This document shows, one piece after another, positions 39,226 to 53,100 of a stretch of DNA of 64,000 nucleotides. Source of the DNA: Octopus sinensis (Eukaryota); contig NC_043022.1 in assembly GCF_006345805.1 (NCBI RefSeq), forward strand, positions 14,446,001 to 14,510,000, read 5' to 3'. Position numbers and translations under genes: made by a program. Below the pieces are notes generated by a model. It worked only from the letters and a program-made list of their open reading frames with translations. It made no database searches and was not told the DNA's origin. Each line of letters starts with the position of its first letter. The stretch's first letter is position 1.

Positions 39226-39934
39226 TATGACCAGGTGGTGGTGGTGTTTAAACTAGGTAACAACAGTGAACTCCACTTAAGGTATTCCAACGGCCAGGTG
39301 GAAGTGTTAAACTTGGTGGCCCAAATAATTCATAGTGGCGTTGAACTAACCGTGCAATGACCAGGAACAAAATGCTGCGAGTCTTCTTGCCTGACCTTAT
39401 TGTTCTATCGGTACTTAAAAAATTTTTTGGGGGCTCCGAAAGGATGAAAGGTAAAGTTAGCTTTGGTGTGATTTGAACTCAAAGCACAAGAGTCGTACGC
39501 AATGACCCCTGCACAAAACCGAAGGGACCTCATAGAAACAGGTTGGAATCCCTGAAAATTTTAAATTCGAAACCGTTGTTTTATTGTTTTTCAAAATTTA
39601 CTATAAAACGGTCATTCAGTTTAATCTTCGCTCTTCCCTCATTTAACGTCCATTTTCCATGCTAGCAAGGATTGGACGGTTTTGCAGGATCCAGGGATCC
39701 GCAGGGTTCCAATGCCAGCTTTGTATTGATTTCTGCAGATGGATGCCCTTCATAATAATTAACCACTTTGAAGTGCATTTTTTTCGTGGCACCGGCAGCG
39801 GTGAGGTCGCCAGGTAATTTGCTAAACAAAAAAAAAGTGTCCCTTCAACTAAGTGTAGGGTGTGGAGGTATTTAAAGGAGAGAGGTGGTTAATCTGTCTT
39901 AGTAACCACAGGCTTCCTACACGTGTGAAAGCAC

Positions 39935-40545
39935 ACCATTGATTGTCAAGCGATGGTGTGGTGTGTGTGTGTGTGGGGCAAACACAGACACACAAATACA
40001 TACATATACATTTACGACGGGCTTCTTTCAGTTTCCATCTGCCAAATCCACTCACAAGGCTTTGGTTAGCCCGAGGCTAGAAGATATTTGCCCGAGGTGC
40101 CACGCAGTGGGACTGAACCCGGAACCATGTGGTTGGGAAGCAGGCTTCTTACTACACAGCCACTCCTACGCCTAACCCTATATATACGATGGGCTTCTTT
40201 CAGTTTCCGTCTACCAAATCCACTCACAAGGCTTTAAGTCAGCCTGAGGCTATAAGTAGAAGACATTTGCCCAAAGTGCCACGCAGTGGGACTGAACCCG
40301 GAACCATGTGGTTTGAGAAGCAGGCTTTTTATTACCACACAGCCACTCCTACGCCTAACCCTAACCCTATATATAACATATATACGATGGGCTTCTTTCA
40401 GTTTCCGTCTAACAAATCCACTCACAAGGCTTTGGTCAGCCCGAGGCTATAAGTAGAAGACATTTGCCCAAAGTGCCATGCAGTGGGACTGAACCCGGAA
40501 CCATGTGGTTTGAGAAGCAGGCTTCTTACCACCACACAGCCACAC
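39935..40545 (-). mobile_element. Three tandem 5' halves of family-A SINE
   Basis: gggcttctttcagtttcc starts at ~40020, 40191, 40389, separated by cctaacccta spacers. Confidence 0.88.
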
Positions 40546-41060
40546 TTAACTGCTGATCACTTGAATTGGATGAGTGTATCATGTTTTTGTGTTCGATTTC
40601 CTGGTTCGTACGGGAAGGTTACTGTAATCTTTTTTGCCTCTTTACAGCTTAATTTCCACGTCGGTGGTGGTGGTGGGTTATAAGTTGATATCTTTATATT
40701 ATTTCGGAGAGATTAATGATAAACACAGCTTCACGCCATCTGATACCGACGTACATTTTACCATTTTGGTTATTTGGAACTGCTGTGTTGGATATTCCAA
40801 GTGCAGTGCAGTTGGGAAGCTGAAGAGCAACAGATAATTGATGGGAATACTTTGGTTTTTTCTTTTGTTTTTGTTTTTTACTCGTTTCGGTCATTTGACG
40901 GTGGCCATGCTGGGGCACCGTCTTGCTGGGTTTTTTTAGTCAAACAAATCGACCCCAGGACTTTTTTTTTAAAGCTTGGTGCTTATTCTATCGGACCCTT
41001 TTGCCGAACCGCTAATGTTACGGGGACGTAAACGCACAACACCGGTTGTCAAACGTAGAG

Positions 41061-41093
<33 letters not shown>

Positions 41094-42561
41094 CAGGCTT
41101 CTTTCAGTTTCCGTCTAACAAATCTTCTCACGAAGCTTTGATCGGAAGGCACTTTCCCTAGGTGCCACGCAGTGGGACTGAACCCGAAACCATGTGGTTG
41201 GCAAGCAAGCTTCTTACCACACAGCCACGCATTATGTTACACAGATCAAAATGTCTTTCTTATTTTATTAACTCGAAGCAATTGAGAAGTTTTTTAAAAT
41301 CTTTTTGAAGCACATGTAAATAAGCTGGGGTTGTGTTAAGACCTTCTCCCATATTGAATATTCACGTGCATTTTGGGCAGCATTATGATACAAACATCGG
41401 GAAAGTTTTGGGTTAAAACACCATTATTATTTCGAATGAATGTTTTTGCAGGTTTTTAAAAAATATATTTTAGGTGCAAGTGTAGCTGTGTGGTAATAAG
41501 TTTGCTTCCCAACCACACGGTTTCGGGTTCAGTCCCATTGCGTGGCACTTTGGGGCAAATGTCCTACTATAACCTCGCACCGATGAAATCCTTATGAATG
41601 GATTTGGTCGACGGAAACTGAAAGAAGCTTGCCTTGTGTGCATATGTATTTGTGCGTGTCCCTGATCCTGCTTGATAATCGGTGTTGGTGTATTTACGTC
41701 CTCGTGACTTCTGTCTTGTGTGCATATGTATTTGTGCGTGTCCCTGATTCTGCTTGATAGTCGGTGTTGGTGTATTTACGTCCTCGTGACTTAACGATCG
41801 GGTAAAAAAAAAAAACCCAAAAGAATAAGTACTGGGGTCGATTCACTCGACTAAAATTGTTCAAGGCGGTGCCCCAGCAGGGTCGCAGTCTGACGACTGA
41901 AACATGTAAAAGGTAGAAGATTAGTATATCCTCTTTCGGCAATTTTTTTACTCTGGTTACAACTTACCACGGTGTTCTTGGAAGCCCCTATACTCCACGG
42001 AAAAGAAGGAAGTGTCGTTTTTCCTCTTCCCTCAATTTCAGTTTTTAGTAATTTTTGTTCCCACTTCACTTCTGTACCCTTTTCCTTCTCCCTTAAAGCG
42101 TGATTACGAAGGGGACAACTTCTCTAAAAACTTTGGCCGATCACTGAAGCAATTAACGAAGAGGCTTCTTTCTTACATGGTCTATCAACCTCCTAGAAAT
42201 AACTGCCAAGTCTCCCTCATATCCCACCCTGCTGCCTTAACCCCTTGCCTGTCCCATTAAAAGTCCAGGGTTGTCTTCAGACTTTCAGATGGTCCTTATT
42301 TCATACGCTCCGAGCTTTCCTTTCACAAATCCCAAGTTACTGCAGTAGCTGGAAAGAAAAAAAATGGGAATGTGTATAATATATAAAATGCATGGATTTG
42401 AGGGAAATATTTCCCGAGTATTTCGTGTGATTTGGCCAAAGGTTAAAAGAAAAACGAGCTCCTTGGTTTCAGTGTCTGAAATACAGATGGGATGGTCAGA
42501 TACGGCTGGTCTAGGGTGAAACAGCAATAGGACATAGCTTTAATTCTGTCGTGGGGTTACT

Positions 42562-42771
42562 CTCTCTCTTTACTCTTTTACTTGTTTCAGTCATTTGACT
42601 GCGGCCATGCTGGAGCACCGCCTTTAGTCGAGCAACTCGACCCCGGGACTTATTCTTTTGTAAGCCCAGTACTTATTCTATCGGTCTCTTTTGCCGAACC
42701 CCTAAGCGACGGGGACGTAAACACACCAGCATCGGTTGTCAAGTAATCCTAGGGGGACAAACACAGACACA

Positions 42772-42846
<75 letters not shown>

Positions 42847-43018
42847 ACATATATACGACAGGCTTCTTTCAGTTTCCGTCTACCAAATCCACTCACAAGG
42901 CATTGGTCGGCTCGAGGCTATAGCAGAAGACACTTGCCCAAGGTGCCACGCAGTGGGACTGAACCCGGAACCATATGGTTGGTTAGCATGCTACTTACCA
43001 CACAGCCACTCCTGCGCC
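42562..43018 (-). mobile_element. Family-A SINE, full length
   Basis: Reverse complement of consensus. Confidence 0.92.
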
Positions 43019-43415
43019 TGTTGTTTTTTAAAAAAATGTTCGTTTTATTTCGTTCGGATTCACGAAAAACAGACGATCCAGATTTAGTGGAGGGAAACGT
43101 GGCAGAATAACAGATGTGTTAAATATTCATAAACGAGAATGAAGGTGACCAAATGGGTCGACCATAGTCGTTACCTTGTCATCACAGTTGCTATTTAACG
43201 CGAGGTCAGCCCGTAACGAGACATCCCAACTAGAGTCGTCTTATTTTTAGACTGTAGGGTGTTATTTAAGAGAGATTTGACTGCTGTTTGTGACCAACCG
43301 AGCGACCTCATAGAGGTTCCTTCGCTGAACAAACACACACACACACAACTTTTTTTTACTTAGTTGCAGTCCTCTTACTGAGTCACGCCGTGGTACTGGC
43401 CTGAAGGGTTTTATT

Positions 43416-43723
43416 CAGTGGTTCTCGACCGGGGGTCCATGAAAGATTTTTGGAGGTCCACGTAACAAAAATAGTAAATGGGGAACCAGAATAGTATTTT
43501 AAGGGCTCCCGAAAATATTTTGCTTTAGATATATGTATTGTAAGAAACAGCTAGGCTTCTTTCTCTAACATTTTACATAGTTCAACCTACACAAGTTAGT
43601 ATTTGGGAAAAACAAAATAGGGATTTTGTTCCGAAAGTTGTTAAAAATCGAATGGTTCTGGGGATCCACCAGAATAAAATAATCAAAGGGGTCCATAGAT
43701 AAAAAAAAAATGGTTGAGAACCC
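43416..43723. mobile_element. hAT-like MITE inserted in a family-A SINE remnant
   Basis: Termini CAGTGGTTCTCGACC and GGTTGAGAACCC; SINE sequence (aagggtttta..gtcgaacaaatcgaccc) resumes on both sides; similar end at ~57503-57516. Confidence 0.7.
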
Positions 43724-43889
43724 TTTTAGTCGAACAAATCGACCCCTGTACATATTCTGTCGGTCTCTTTTGCCGGGTGTTGCTGTGGGCTGGGGGACAA
43801 AGAAACGGGTTTCCACATCGGCGTTGGTTGGTCCGGTGTTGCAAATAGAAAATCCTTGTCCAAGTGGGTTTTTTTTTTTAAAAACTACA

Positions 43890-43951
43890 GCCTCGGGCCG
43901 ACCAAAGCCTTGTGAGTGGATTTGGTAGACGGAAACTGAAAAGAAGCCCGT

Positions 43952-43999
<48 letters not shown>

Positions 44000-44450
44000 C
44001 TACCCACAAGGGGCTAAACATAGAGGGGACAAACAAAGGGATTAAGTCGATTATATCGACCCCAGTGCGTAACTGGTACTTAATTTATCGACTCCGAAAG
44101 GATGAAAGGCAAAGTCGACCTCGGCGGAATTTGAACCCAGAACACGTGACAGCAGACGGAATACGGCTCACATTTCGCCCTGCGTGCTAACGATTCTGCC
44201 AGCTCGCCGCCTTAATATATATGTGTATATATATATATGTGCGCGTGTGTGTTTGTCCCCCTAGCATTGCTTGACAACCGATGCTGGTGTGTTTATGTCC
44301 CCGTTACTTAGCGGTTCGGCAAAAGAGACCGATAGAATAAGTACTGGGCTTAGAAAAAGAATAAGTCCCGGGGTCGAGTTGCTCGATTAAAGGCGGTGCT
44401 CCAGCATGGCCGCAGTCAAATGACTGAAACAAGTAAAAGAGTAAACGAGA
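43890..44450 (+). mobile_element. Family-A SINE with a nested antisense family-B SINE (~43996-44212)
   Basis: Family-B copy sits within the central (TA)n tract. Confidence 0.88.
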
Positions 44451-44869
44451 GAGCAATTTTTGCGCCTATACTACACACACACAACTTACCACGGTGTTCT
44501 TGGAAGCCCCTATACTTCATGAAAAAGAAGGAAGTGTCGTTTTTCCTCTTCCCTCAATTTCATTTTTAAGTAATTTTTGTTTCCCACTTCACTTCTGTAC
44601 CCCTTTTTTCTTCTCCCATAAAGTGTGATTGCGAAGGGACAACTTCTCTAAAAACTTTGGCCGATCTCTGAAGCAATTAACGAAGAGGCTTCTTACATGC
44701 TACGACGCCATGTCAGTGTCTCCTGCTACTCGGGTGGAAGCCGTTACTGTCATCGGGTACAGTTCAATACAGTACGAGCCAACAAAGGTACCGCTACGTT
44801 GTTGCTTGAACTGCTAGAAATAGCAGCCTACGCTCTCTAAAAACCACACCTATTGTCATATAAATATGT

Positions 44870-45090
44870 GTTTCTTTGCTACCCACAAGGGGCTAAACAC
44901 AGAGGGGACAAACAAGGACAGACAAACGAATTAAGTCGATTACATCGACCCCAGTGCGTAACTGGTACTTAATTTATCGACCTCGAAAGGATGAAAGGCA
45001 AAGTCGACCTCGGCGGAATTTGAACCCAGAACGTAACGGCAGACGAAATACGGCTACGCATTTCGTCCGGCGTGCTAACGTTTCTGCCAC
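44870..45090 (-). mobile_element. Family-B SINE
   Basis: Reverse complement of consensus. Confidence 0.88.
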
Positions 45091-45283
45091 GGCTGGAATG
45101 CATTTGATCATAATACATACCTTCGTGTTCCGTGGGAGGGGTGGGCATGTGGAGTTTCCGTAAAATAACATGCAATGGCCCAACATGGTTCGGTTGAGGT
45201 CCTCTAAAAAAAAAAGGTTTTAACAGTTCATTGGAATTAAGATAAAGGACCAGGGTGGTGGTACATTTAGTTTCTTGTACATT

Positions 45284-45323
<40 letters not shown>

Positions 45324-45700
45324 TTTTACTTGTTTCAGTCATTTGCCTGTGGCCATGCTGGAGCACCGCCTTTTAGTCGAGCAAATCGACCTCGGGACTT
45401 ATTCTTTGTAAGCCCAGTACTTATTCTATCGGTCTCTTTTTCCGAACCGCTAAGTGACGGCGACGTAAACACACCAGCATCGGTTTTCAAGCAATGCTAG
45501 GGGAACAAACACAGACACACAAACACACACATCCATACATACGACGGGCTTCTTACAGTTTCCGTCTACCAAATCCACTCACAAGGTTTTGGTCGGCCCG
45601 GGGCTATAGCAGAAGACACTTGCCCAAGGTGTCACGCAGTGGGACTGAACCCGGAACCATGTGGTTGGTTAGCAAGCTACTTACCACAGAGCCACTCCTG
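45324..45700 (-). mobile_element. Family-A SINE
   Basis: Reverse complement of consensus. Confidence 0.9.
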
Positions 45701-46161
45701 CTGGTGCATATATATATATATATGCACCAACATCTGCGAGCATGCACTAAAAGAACCGCGGTAGTATTGCAAAAATTTGTCGATGGGGAATATTCAGAGA
45801 GTGAGATTTATATTCAGATGGAGGAGGTGAGAAAGAAGGCCTTGACCTAGCAGCAATGGGAGAGAGAAATAGCAGGGGTTTGATTGATTGGGGGCAGCCG
45901 ACATTTCTATGACTGGAGTTTTTCGTTTGTGTTTTTACGTATCCTTGAAGTGGGATTTTTAGCATTTAGTTACTTCAGTCACTGGACTGCGGCCATGTTG
46001 GAGCACCGACTTAGTTTGTTTTTTTTTGTTGTTGTTGTCGAACAATTCGCCACCATTTGTTTTGCAAGTCTGTACTTATTCTATCAGCCTCTTAGGTCGA
46101 ACTGCTAAGTTCTAGGGACGTAAACAAACTATCACCGGTGGGTGGGAAACATACACACGTA

Positions 46162-46192
<31 letters not shown>

Positions 46193-46769
46193 ACTACGGC
46201 TTCCATACAGTTTCTATCTGCCAAATTCATTCACAAGGCATTATTCTTTTTGTAAGCCCAGTACTTATTCTATCGGTCTCTTTTGCCGAACCGCTAAGTA
46301 ACGGGGACATAAACACACCAGCATCGGTTGTCAAGCAATGCTAGGGGGACAAACACACACGCGCATATATATATATATACACACATATACGACGGGCTTC
46401 TTTTCAGTTTCCGTCTACCAAATCCATTAACAAGGCATTGGTTGGTCCCAAGAGTTATAATAGACACTTTCTGTCACAAAGCGGGATTGAACTGGAAACC
46501 ACGTGGTTGCAGAGCGAATTTCTTACCCCCCCACCCCTCCCCCCACATGACCTCATCACAAGAACTGGTTTTAAGGATAGAAGTGTCCACCAGCTCCTTG
46601 ATCTCTCATCACTGGTTTTAGTAAATAAGGTTTTTGGCTGGGAAATAACACGGTTAATGAGAACGTTAGCAGATCTTTTACTTGGAAATGTGACCGGAGC
46701 CGATTTCCATCCACAATCTCCATATTTTAGCCAATTTCACAGAATATCTACCTGTGTAGCTAGTTTGTT

Positions 46770-47383
46770 TGTGTATGTGTGTATGTATGTATGTATGTAT
46801 TGTATATATATATATAGATATATATATATATGTATATATATATGTAGTATGTATATATGTATGTATGGTATGTATGTATGTAATGTATGTATGTATATGT
46901 ATGTATGTATATGTATTATGTATATGTATGATGTATATGTATGTATGTATATAGTATGTATGTATATGTATGTATGTATGTATAGTATGTATGTATGTAT
47001 ATATATGTATGTATGTATATGTATGTATGTATATATATGTATGTATGTATATATATGTAGTATGTATATATATGTATGTATGTATATATATGTATGTATG
47101 TATATATATGTATATGTATGTATATATGTATATGTATGTATATATATGTATATGTATGTATATGTATGTATATGTATGTATATGTATGTATATGTATGTA
47201 TATGTATGTATATGTATATGTATGTATATATATGTATATGTATGTATATATATGTAGTATATGTATGTATAATATATATATATGTATATATATGTATGTA
47301 TGTATATAATGTATGTATGTATATATATGTATGTATGTATATATATGTATGTATGTATATATATGTATGTATGTATATATATG

Positions 47384-47464
<81 letters not shown>

Positions 47465-47493
47465 GTATATATATGTATGTATGTATATATATG

Positions 47494-47546
<53 letters not shown>

Positions 47547-47557
47547 GTATATATATG

Positions 47558-47610
<53 letters not shown>

Positions 47611-47867
47611 GTATATATATGTATGTATATGTATGTATATATATGTATGTATATGTATGTATATATATATATGTATGTATATGTATGTATATATATATAT
47701 GTATGTATATGTATATGTATGTATATGTATGTATATATATATGTATGTATATGTATGTATGTATATATGTATGTATATATGTGTATGTATGTATATATGT
47801 ATGTATGTATACATATATATATATATATGTATGTATATATATGTAGTATGTATATATGTATGTATGT

Positions 47868-47901
<34 letters not shown>

Positions 47902-47940
47902 GTATAATATATATATAATAATATATATATATATATATAT
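46770..47940. repeat. ~1.2-kb (TATG)n/(TA)n compound satellite
   Basis: Direct reading; source of the 489/426/361-aa pseudo-ORFs. Confidence 0.97.
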
Positions 47941-48181
47941 AATAAAGGGTAAAATCATAAATGATTTTTACCAAGAGGTCAGCGCAGAAATAAAGCCTCA
48001 TAGCTAAATTAATATAAATAATTTATAATTATAAACATAATTATAACAAGCCAGGCCCTTGTTACAATTATGTATATAATTATGATATATATATATATAA
48101 TATATTTAGGGTTAATATGGTGTGGATATGGTTGTTGTGTGTGTGTAGATATGGTTGTATGTGTATGTGTGTATATGTGTG

Positions 48182-48222
<41 letters not shown>

Positions 48223-48819
48223 TGCATGCATACAGTGATAATACTCTCTCAATGTTCAGAGTTCCTCGTGTGTGTGTGTGTATACAGTTTTTTCCATTAC
48301 AGTATAGATATTCTTTGAATCTCTCCATCTTCATCCGAATCTACACACATTTTGTCACCTGAGCCGACACAAGTGAGAAACTGGGAGCAACATCAGAGCC
48401 GATCCTCAGCTTCTTCTAAACGACCAAATTCCTTCTGCTACATGTAATTTCCCCACCGTTTTTGCACCAAAATACGCCCCTCTGCATATAGTGTAGGTTA
48501 AGATCAAAGTGTAGTGTTATATATATGTATATATAGTTTGATAGGTGTTATTAAACGAAATTCTGGCCCCTGAGTAACTCTTGTAACTTCTGCTAATTAA
48601 TTGTAAGATATAGTGTGTATGTATATCTCTGTGTATATATCTATATTTACATATAATATACAGTGTATTTATATATGTCTGTATATTATATACATGTGTG
48701 TGTGTGTGTGTAATATATATTATATGCATATAGTGTATGTATATATATATATATATGGTATATTTATGTATAAATCTGTAGGCATATTGTGTGTATATAT
48801 ATCCATATTATGCGCATAT

Positions 48820-48853
<34 letters not shown>

Positions 48854-48980
48854 TATAGTGTATGTATGTATGTATATATATATATATGCATATAGTGTAT
48901 GTATGTATATATATATATATGGTATATTTATGTATAAATCTGTAGGCATAGTGTGTATATATGTATCTAAACTATGCATA

Positions 48981-49011
<31 letters not shown>

Positions 49012-50798
49012 TATATGCATAGGTTGTATATATATAGTGTGTATATATATATATATAGGGTAGATATATAGTGTAAGTACACTATATACACACCGCTCTA
49101 TTTATCTGTTTAATTATTTTGCTCGTATACTAATTGCTATCCTCGTGTTTCCTATGACTAGTCCAGCCATCTGTCACACTCACTCTCTCTCTCTCTCTTT
49201 CCCTATTATAACAAAAATGACTATTTCTCTGCATTCATTCATTCTTCTTTCCTCACACTCGCCATTTACCAAATACATTTCTCTCACCCACCGTCGCCAA
49301 CTCCAACTTAACCATTTTCCTTCTAATTCTACTACTGTTGTTTGTAGCAAGCTTTACTTATTTATTTATCTCTAATTCCAAAACCGGGCCAAGGAAAATA
49401 ATAATAATAAATCTTAATAGTTGAAGAGAAAAAAACTAAACGGGGAAGGTATTTTGGCTTTTATTTTTATTCGTGTCTTGATTGAAATCTTGGGACTTGA
49501 GAACCATGTGACGGCTATTGCAGGAATCTGCCATTGTGGCTGGTTCTTTCCTTTCAGTCATGAATGATGTCGTTGTTAGTCGATGCTAGGATAATAATAT
49601 GAAGGCTATGTGTGTTTGCTGGCCTGTATTTTTATTATTTACACTGTTGTGGTCGGTGTATATTATTAATATATCATAAAAGTGGTAGCGTTATTAATCC
49701 TTAGCTTGTATTTCGTTCATAGTATGATGATGGTGGTGATGATGCTGGCGGTTGGCAAGCCAGGTTGGTTATTCCTCCAGTGAATAACTTTCAATAATGG
49801 TTGATTATTCCCGTGTTTTTGTGCATTTGTGGGTTGTTTTCTTTGGCGAAGGCAAAGAAGACGTACACCCGGTAGTTAGGGTTAGAGTTTTCGTTAAGCC
49901 GAAAACGGGTGGTGTACGTAATTTTTACCACCGCCCTCTTCTTTTCAGCGGTTGTATCTTAAAAGCGGGTATTGGTCCTAGATGTGGTGACCCTTTCACA
50001 TCGGAAAGGTAGACATGAGTAGAAAATGTGAGCGCAGGTAACTGCGGGCGTTTGATAAATTCGAGGCTTGTAACAATGGAAGTTTTCATAGTTTTCAGTC
50101 TTCTAAATGAAAGACTGACTGTAATGTTTAATAGGAAATACATATGCAATGCATATTTAGGACAGTAGCTGCTTCGATTCCTGGAACTCTCAGGGGCTTG
50201 TGACTCGGTTTGCATGACGTTTTCTCTGAACAGGGTCCTAGTTACAAACTTATAACTGATTTAGCTGGAGCAACACATGAAATGCTTTACTCAAGAACTC
50301 AACGGACCGCATGGTCTGGGAGTTGGAACCATGATTTTACAATTGTGAATACAGCACTCTAACTATTAGGCCACGCTCCTTCGTGCAGATAAAAGGGGAT
50401 AAGTACAATTGGCTTGATCGAAGTCAATCCTAAAATAACGTAGCAAGACCCCAAAGCGCAGCCATGTTTGTAGTTGGTTCTGTTTTTAAGCACAAGGACA
50501 GTAATTTTGAAGAAATAGCCTTAGCAGCACCATTCAACCCTGCCCCATAATAGATTTTGATTTTGACAAGTACTTTATTTTATCAAATCCCCAAAGGATA
50601 AATAAGTTAAATTTGGTAGGATTTGAATAAACTACCAGAAGAAAAAAAAGTCCCACGAACCATTTTTTCCTAACGTTCCAACAATTCCCTTGATCCGCCA
50701 TTCTTATCCTCGACTGTCTGATGGTGTAGAGCTATGGGTTAATTCTATCAGTTGTGAAGGGTTTATTCTTAATTAACCCTTTAGAATTTAAAAAGGCC

Positions 50799-51530
50799 TT
50801 GTCTTGAGACAGCATTTACCCGGGGTGGGTTGAGCTGGCTTCATTCATCCTCAATGCTGCATCTCTCACAAACGCCGACCAGGCTTGGCGATTTGAGGCT
50901 AATGACCGCGTGATCTCCAACCACTCCTTATTCCGGCAGTGAATGCCGTAGATATGGGGGCCTAGGTTGGGTTCCAGATCAGCCTTGACTGTCATCAGCC
51001 AGGTTTTTTGTTGTCCGCCACATTGCTTTCGCCAACCCTGAAGGGGAGCTGGGGCAATTGCTTCGTAGGTTGGGTTCCAGATCAGCCTTGACTGTCATCA
51101 GCCAGGTTTTTCGTTGTCCACCACATCGCTTTCGCCAACCCTGAAGGGGAGCTGGGGCAATTGCTTCGTAGGTTGGGTTCCAGATCAGCCTTGACTGTCA
51201 TCAGCCAGGTTTTTCGTTGTCCACCACATCGCTTTCGCCAACCCTGAAGCGGAGCTGGGTCAATTGCTTCATAGATGAATTCTCCTGGTTGACGACGGAT
51301 GGCATGACCTGGCCGACGCAGACATCTCGTTAGGATGACTTGTCTGAGGGAGGTGATTCTGCACTGGTGTCGCAACGAATTGTTCGAGACAAAATGGTGC
51401 CATCGGTCGCGAAGAATGTGGTGTCGACAGAGGTGATCGAAGGATTCTAGTCGCTTAATATCTTCCACCCTCATCGGCCATGACTTGCTGCCGTAAAGGA
51501 GAATCGTTTGCACTAGTGCTTGGTAGATCC
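50799..51530 (-). mobile_element. 5'-truncated RTE-clade LINE with internal 103-bp triplication
   Basis: Minus translation ILLYGSKSW...RLESFDHLCRHHIL...GHAIRR...GGQRKTW is RTE ORF C-terminus; 12-bp TSD tttaaaaaggcc at 50787-50798 and 51531-51542. Confidence 0.88.
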
Positions 51531-51690
51531 TTTAAAAAGGCCATGCCAGGTGCAAATATTCTATCGTCTGTTCAAACCAGCCAGATCCAGTCTCTCACAC
51601 CCACCCTATAATGTCGTTCTGAAAATAACCACATTGAAATCCTGAAGCTATAAAATAATGCAATGTGAATAAATAAGCATTACATTTGAC

Positions 51691-52076
51691 TGTGGAGGCG
51701 CAATGGCCCAGTGGTTAGGGCAGCGGACTCACGGTCGTAGGATCGCGGTTTCGATTCCCAGACCGGGCGTTGTGAGTGTTTATTGAGCGAAATCACCTAA
51801 GCTTCATGAAGCTCCGGCAGGGGATGGTGGTGATCCCTGCTGTACTCTTTCACCACAACTTTCTCTCACTCTTACTTCCTGTTTCTGTTGTACCTGTATT
51901 TCAAAAGGGCCGGCCTTGCCACTCTGTGTCATGCTGAATATCCCCGAGAACTACGTTAAGGGTACACGTGTCTGTGGAGTGCTCAGCCACTTACACGTTA
52001 ATTTCATGAGCAGGCTGTTCCGTTGATTCGGATCAACCGGAACCCTCGTCGTCGTAACCGACGGAGTGCTTCCATC
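51691..52076 (+). mobile_element. Family-C tRNA-derived SINE, full length (resembles octopus OR-type SINEs)
   Basis: Head TGGCCCAGTGGTTAGGGCAGCGG...GGTTTCGATTCCC; 13-bp TSD cattacatttgac at 51678-51690 and 52077-52089. Confidence 0.88.
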
Positions 52077-52263
52077 CATTACATTTGACAGATTAATCTG
52101 AATGTTAATGGGGTGGAAGGCTTTTTTTGGATGTAGATGATTCTAGGAAATGTACCAATCCAGGGTGTGTACACACACCCCATAGGTTTAGTATTTATAG
52201 CCAGTCGTTTACTCAGGGGAAATATTTCTCATTTGAGAAACCCTAGTCCCTCTGTGAGTTTAA

Positions 52264-52483
52264 CCCTTTCGTTACTGTATTTATTTTGAGTTGCTCTGTG
52301 TTTCTTTCAATTACTTTAAATATAACAAAGAATTTAGTAAAATAACTTAGTTATCATTCAGCTAGTGTTAGGAACATAAATTGTGACTAAGGTTTGGTGG
52401 AAGATTTTAATTCAAAACTTATGGAAACAAGACATTTGTACTCAGAGCCAGTGCCGGTTTCAGCCGGGTTGGTAATGAAAGGG
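52264..52483. mobile_element. TTAA-specific (piggyBac-like) MITE
   Basis: TTAA|CCCTTTCGTTAC ... GTAATGAAAGGG|TTAA; related copies at 55451-55846 and ~61868-62053. Confidence 0.85.
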
Positions 52484-52787
52484 TTAACCAGATAGGGTTT
52501 GTTCCCAACGGCTTTTATTGTATAAGAGTCCTGCAGGAATTTGGTAAAGTCACTTTGTCATTATTAAGCTGGAATTTAAATCAACAGGAAATGATGATGG
52601 AAGGCTTTTATTTAGATGTAAAACAGGCACTTTGTATCACAGAGCCAGGGTTCTCTTTGGCAAGTTCATATCATCATCGTCATCATCATTTGATATGCTT
52701 TCCTTGCTGGCATGGGTTACAGTTTGACAGCAGCTGGACATCTGCACCATGTTTTACTGTCTGTTTCAGCATGGTTTCTATAGCTGG

Positions 52788-53100
52788 ATCATCATCATCA
52801 TCATCATTTAGCGTCCGTTTTCCATGCTAGCATGGGTTGGACGGTTCAAACTGGGGTCTGTGAAGCCGGAAGGCTTCATCAGGCCCAGTCAGATCTGGCA
52901 GTGTTTCTACGGCTGGATGCCCTTCCTAACGCCAACCACTGCGTGAGTGTAGTGGGTGCTTTTTACGTGCCACCTGCACAGGTGCCAGACAGAGCTGGCA
53001 AACGGCCACGAACGGATGGTGCTTTTACGTGCCACCGGCACGGGGGCCAGGCGAGGCTAGCTACGGACACGAGCGGATGGTGTTTTTACGTGCCACCGGA
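52788..53100 (-). mobile_element. Family-D retroposon ((GAT)n tail), nested in an older copy of the same family
   Basis: catcatcat...tttccatgctagcatgggttggac...ggatgcccttcctaacgccaaccac; other copies 54580-54945, 60075-60318, 61000-61577. Confidence 0.75.

Larger units (their letters stand above)
50777..52110. mobile_element. TTAA-specific (piggyBac-like) MITE split by an RTE LINE and a family-C SINE
   Basis: Starts TTAA|CCCTTTAG; with both inserts removed it is homologous to the intact copy 59292-59510. Confidence 0.75.

Noticed and set aside
46438-48007. Long ORFs of 489, 426, 361 and 241 aa
   Set aside because: Translations of a (TATG/TA)n satellite that lacks stop codons in several frames
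50963-51271. Regularly spaced repeats resembling a CRISPR-like array (also 110-620, 14651-15256, 19301-19612)
   Set aside because: Whole units repeat with no unique spacers; eukaryotic context and no cas genes
51695-51770. tRNA-like sequence (also the heads of SINE families A and B)
   Set aside because: Imperfect cloverleaf, continuous with a SINE body and bounded by TSDs
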